A stretch of DNA of 64,000 nt from assembly GCF_032444005.1 (NCBI RefSeq), contig NC_091283.1, positions 35,960,001-36,024,000 of the forward strand. The letters are read 5' to 3'. Shown piece by piece: positions 59,548-64,000 of this stretch. Within the stretch, counting starts at the first letter, position 1, and each line of letters begins with the position of its first letter. A program made the position numbers and the translations under genes. The notes under the pieces are model-generated. The model was not told the DNA's origin. It made no database searches and saw only the letters and a program-made list of their open reading frames with translations. This DNA comes from Ranitomeya imitator (Eukaryota).

Positions 59548-61841
59548 CACCCTATGTAACAAATTGTTTGTCCTTGGGTACCAATGGTGTTTTGCCAATC
59601 ACTTTTGACTAAAGCGAAAAGGAAATGAAAAAAAATTCCCAATAAAGTTTGCTTTTGTGGTCAGGACATTGATAATTTGAAATCTATGTTTTGTCAAACA
59701 TTAGCAAAATGTTTAAAGTTGTGTAGACCACGAGAAGCATCCGGAAATGCGAGAACTGTCGATGAAGTAGTGTAAATGCAGGATCCTTATTTGTCCATTT
59801 GTGTTTGTTACAGCTGATACATACCTGCATTTAATGTAGATGGCATCAAGAGGGTGTAAGAATCCGGCGGATGCATTTTGCTACATTAGTGGCTAAAAGA
59901 TACAACGTGGCGGCATCTCCTAAGATGTGTGAGGCCTACAGAGCCTACTTCACTATGGCTGTAGGGGATCAACACAAACCATGGCGCCTCATTTCACATG
60001 TGAACACTGCAAGAGAACTCTTGAGGGTAAGGTGAACAATTGTTGATGGCTAAGATCAAGATTTTAAATATTTTAAGCTAACTTAAAAGAACTGTTGTTA
60101 AAATAAGTGTAACATTTTTTGCTGCTATGGAAGAACATGTATAATTGTATATCATACAGTTCAATACACTTATATATTTTATTCTCGTATTTAATATATA
60201 TTTTATTCTCGTGTTTAATATATATTCTCATGTTTAATACCTTACAGGCTGGTACAGAGGAGAAAAAAGGGCAATGAAGTTTGCAATCCCACGAATTTGG
60301 CGAGTGCCTACTGACCACGTCAACAACTGTTACCTCTGTATGGTGGACCCATGCAAACGTCGAACTGGCCAGCGTGCGCGTCCTATCACCTATCCAGACA
60401 TTCCTTCCTCAATAGCTCCGGTTTCACACTGCCCCGATCTGCCCGTACCCATTCCTCCAGAAGGAGTTCAGCCATCTTCAGGAGAATGTAGGCAGTCTGA
60501 GAGTGAGGAAGACAATGCAGATCCAGAATACGGTTTCGAAGAAGAAAGAACACCTTACTACCCTAACCAAAAAGACCTTAACAACCTCATCAGAGACCTC
60601 GGTCTCACCAAGTCAAACGCTGAACTTCTCACGTCCAGGCTCAAAGAGTGGAACTTGTTAGATGAACGCGTCAAAGTAGGTGATCAGAGAAAGCATCATC
60701 AAACTTTTGCCAGCATCTTCAGTCAGCAAGATGGACTATGCTTCTGCAACAATGTGGCGGGTTTATTTGAAGCTATAGGAATCGTGCAACTTGAGAGAGT
60801 GGCGCCTACTCAACGCCGTGCTGCTGCATAATGGGAACAAGTACCCGTCTCTGCCTGTGGCGCACTCGGTTCACCTCAAAGAGGACTACACTGCTGTTAT
60901 GTGTCTTGAAGTACGAGGATTATGGCTGAGACATCATTGGAGACTTCAAAATGGTGGCATTCCTTGTTTTCTTTGCCTTTGGGACAGCCGGGACACCAAT
61001 CAGCACTATCACAGGTGGGACTGGTCACAGAGGACCAAGTTTTCTGTGGGAAATAATAACATGAAGTGGGAGCCATTGGTGGACCCACGGAAAGTGCTGA
61101 TGCCACCCCTGCACATCAAGTTAGGCCTGATAAAACAGGGTCACAGCTCTCAACAAAGCCTTCAAGTACCTACAAGATGTCCTAAGCTGTCTGAGGTAAA
61201 AGCTGGTATCTCCGTCGGACCACAAATCAAGCAGATTCTACAGAACGAAGAATTCATAAATAAGCTGACTAGAAAGGAGAAAGTGGCTTGGAGCAGCTTT
61301 GCTGCAGTTGTGCATGGTTTCCTGGGCAATCACAAGGACGAGAGATATGTGCAACTGGTTCAGACTCTGCTAAAGAACTTTGGCAAAATGGGATGTAGGA
61401 TGTCTCTCAAAGTACATATCTTGTATAAGGAAAACATGGGGGGCTCAGAAGAGCAAGGCGAGCGCTTTTATCACGATATAACGGACTTTGAACGACGCTA
61501 CCAAGGACAGTATAAGAGAACATGATGGGACGCTGTATTTGGGGGTTGATTCGTGAAAGTGATTTGCAGTGTAATCGTAAATCGACAAAAGCTGCTCACT
61601 TCTAAACCACTCTTACTCATCTTGGCCAATATTAAACGCATATACAATGTTTTTGTAACTACCAACAAAAAGAAATTATGAATATTTTCGATTTCCCTAT
61701 GCAAATATGTAAAACTGAATATTTAATTGTCCTGGTCACAAAAGGAAAGTCTATAATTAATTAAATAGTTTTTCTTGACTAGGCATGAGTAACTGGAATA
61801 TAGCACTTAACAGCTGGAGACAAAAATTGTGTTACATAGTG
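59548..61841 (+). mobile_element. Decayed Chapaev3-like (CMC) DNA transposon
   Basis: CAC...GTG termini with TATGTAACA TIR core; transposase pseudogene MASRGCKNPADAFCY (59840), intron 60027-60247, then KFAIPRIW...NNCYLC, DLGLTKSNAELL, PPLHIKLGL, GERFYHDI. Family assignment is from recalled motifs. Confidence 0.7.
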
Positions 61842-62625
61842 TTATCTATCTATTATCTATTTATCATCTATCTATTCATATATTATCTATCTTCCATCCA
61901 TCATCTATCTATTTATTTTCTATCTATCTATCTTCCATCTATCTTCCATCTATTATCTATCTATTATCTTTATATTATCTATTATGTATCTATCTATCTA
62001 TTATCTATCTATTATCTTTATATTATCTATTATGTATCTCTCTATCACCTATCTATATATTATCTATCTATTATCTATCTATCCATCTATTATCTAGCTA
62101 TCATTTATCTATTATCAATCTGTCTATCATCTATCTATCCATCTATTATCTTTATATTATCTATTATGTATCTCTCTATCATCTCTCCATCTATTATCTA
62201 TCTATTTATCTATCATCTATTATCTATCTATCATCTATCTATCTTCTATCTATCAATTCTCTATCCATTATTTTTATATTATCTATCCATCTATTATCTA
62301 TCTATCATTTATTATCTATCTATTATCTTTATATTATCTATTATCTATCTCTTATATATCTCTCTAGCATCTATTATTATCTATCTAATATCTATCTATC
62401 AATGTATCATCTATCTATCTATTATCTATCATCTATCTATCTTCCATCTATCATCTATCTATTCTCTATTATCTATATATTATCTATCATCAATCTGTTG
62501 TCTATTGTCTATCCATCTATTATCTAACTATCATCTATCTATCTTCTATTTATTATCTATCTATGATCTATCCATTTATTATCTATCTACTATCTATCAT
62601 TTATCTATTTATTATCTATCATAAT
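61842..62625. repeat. (TATC)n-type degenerate microsatellite
   Basis: TATC/TAT repeats. Confidence 0.95.
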
Positions 62626-62639
62626 AATATAGTACTAAT

Positions 62640-62790
62640 ACTCTTTATATAGCGCCAACATATTCCGCAGCACTTTACAATTCAGCAGTTCCTACACAAC
62701 AGTCATAAGTAACAAAGTTAAATACAGTAATTAAAGCAAAGACAATGACGCCCCTGCTCTTCGGAGCTTACAATCTACAATGAGGACAAA
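62640..62790 (-). mobile_element. 3' fragment of an L2-like LINE or SINE
   Basis: TATATAGCGCCAACATATTCCGCAGCACTTTAC, the same 3' end as the SINE at 50334. Confidence 0.55.
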
Positions 62791-63188
62791 GTACAGGTGC
62801 TTGACAGATAGTCATCTATTATTATTATCTATTATTCTTTCTATTTCCATTATCTCTCTTTAAGAGTTTTATTGATACGGCAAATATGGGATACTTTTTT
62901 AGAAATCAGATGGGTAATGAAGAAATCTCATTCTTCTCTAAAAAGAATGAATGAAATAACATGGCTTTCTATTGTACAGTGCAGTAAATGACTGGTGAGA
63001 CGGAGGTGAGGAGCGCATCCCCCCTAGAGCTCCCCCAGCCAGGACCCTCCCCGGCCTGCCCTGGCCCAGCCCCCTTCCTCTAGTCCCCGGCTGCCTGCCT
63101 TGCTGTCCTCGCCATTGTCTCGGACGTTCCATTCTAGAACGTCGCAGCCTCCAACTTTCCATCTCCGACCACCCAACAATCTACAGCC

Positions 63189-63245
63189 ATGAGGGAGATC
63201 GTGCACATCCAGGCCGGCCAGTGCGGCAACCAGATCGGTGCCAAG
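63189..63245 (+). CDS. TUBB: Beta-tubulin coding exon 1 (MREIVHIQAGQCGNQIGAK); gene continues beyond the window
   Basis: Canonical 57-nt first exon ending AAG|gtgag; MREI autoregulatory N-terminus. The isotype TUBB (class I) is inferred from linkage to FLOT1. Confidence 0.93.
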
Positions 63246-64000
63246 GTGAGATCACCCGTATTCGTATGTATTCATATGGTATGCCACCGGATCGGGATAG
63301 ACGATGGCCGTACAGTAGAAGATAATGAGACTAATTAGCCCATTCTGTGGATTTAAATGTCTCGGTATAAAGTGATACTGTTTGATTTGGATAGGACTTT
63401 ATTTAAAAAAAAAAAAAAATACTACAAAAATTAAAAATAAATTGCTAGTGAGTCGGATCCTGGCCAGAGGCTTGAAATGGCGGTAACATGGCATGATGAG
63501 GTCTGTAGGGTCACATTCTTCTATTGTGGTCGGAGCCGACTGCTCTACATCAGCTGGAGGAGATATACATATAAATATATGTATGACCATCATTATATTA
63601 CACGTAATAAATATTTTATTTTTTATTTTTACATTTTTAGAGTAAAATGTTAATTTTTAAATTCATTATTTCTCAAAGGGATTCTATTTCTCACGTACAG
63701 CACCGTGCTATATAAATAAATAATAATAATTTGCTACAGTCATTTTGTTGTTGTGACAATAAGGACATTAAAATAAATAAATACAATTTATTTTTTTTGT
63801 ATAAGTACCTTCGCAGCGCTGGAAGCATTTTAATGCACGCATAGAAAACGCAATTGATTATAACATTTGATTGCCAAACTTAAAAAAAAAATGTATATTA
63901 GAAACAAAAGCTATAGATGATGATTTTATAATATATATATATATATATAGAATAAATATACGGTATATAGATATATATGTAATAAATGTACATGTTAAAT

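Noticed and set aside
59133-62624. Hydrophobic I/Y/L/S-rich ORFs
   Set aside because: TATC microsatellite translations.

Overview
Repeat-rich vertebrate genomic DNA, most likely a frog (inferred from T2/Kolobok-type and Harbinger MITEs, DIRS1 elements and a V-SINE-like element). The FLOT1-TUBB linkage points to the extended MHC class I region (established synteny). Two host genes are recognisable: a complete 12-coding-exon flotillin-1 gene (+, 22030-33486, 429 aa) and the first coding exon of a beta-tubulin (+, 63189-63245). The rest is mostly nested mobile DNA: a very young full-length chromodomain Gypsy (Tf1/sushi-like) element inside a decayed Tc1, a related solo LTR, two decayed DIRS retrotransposons, a decayed Chapaev3-like transposon, many MITEs, Helitron-like elements and minisatellites. 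There is one 145-nt N gap. Most short ORFs in the track are repeat artefacts. Most notable observations: a type I hammerhead ribozyme (12512-12583) next to an array of CTCF-like motifs; a self-priming PBS, 6-bp TSDs and an integrase E-to-K substitution in the Gypsy family; a 444-bp tandem-plus-inverted insertion with a 16-bp flanking duplication; an orphan promoter-like island with three ZNF143 motifs near 48.3 kb; and a candidate unknown two-exon secreted-protein gene near 2 kb. All analysis was by eye; no database searches were run.
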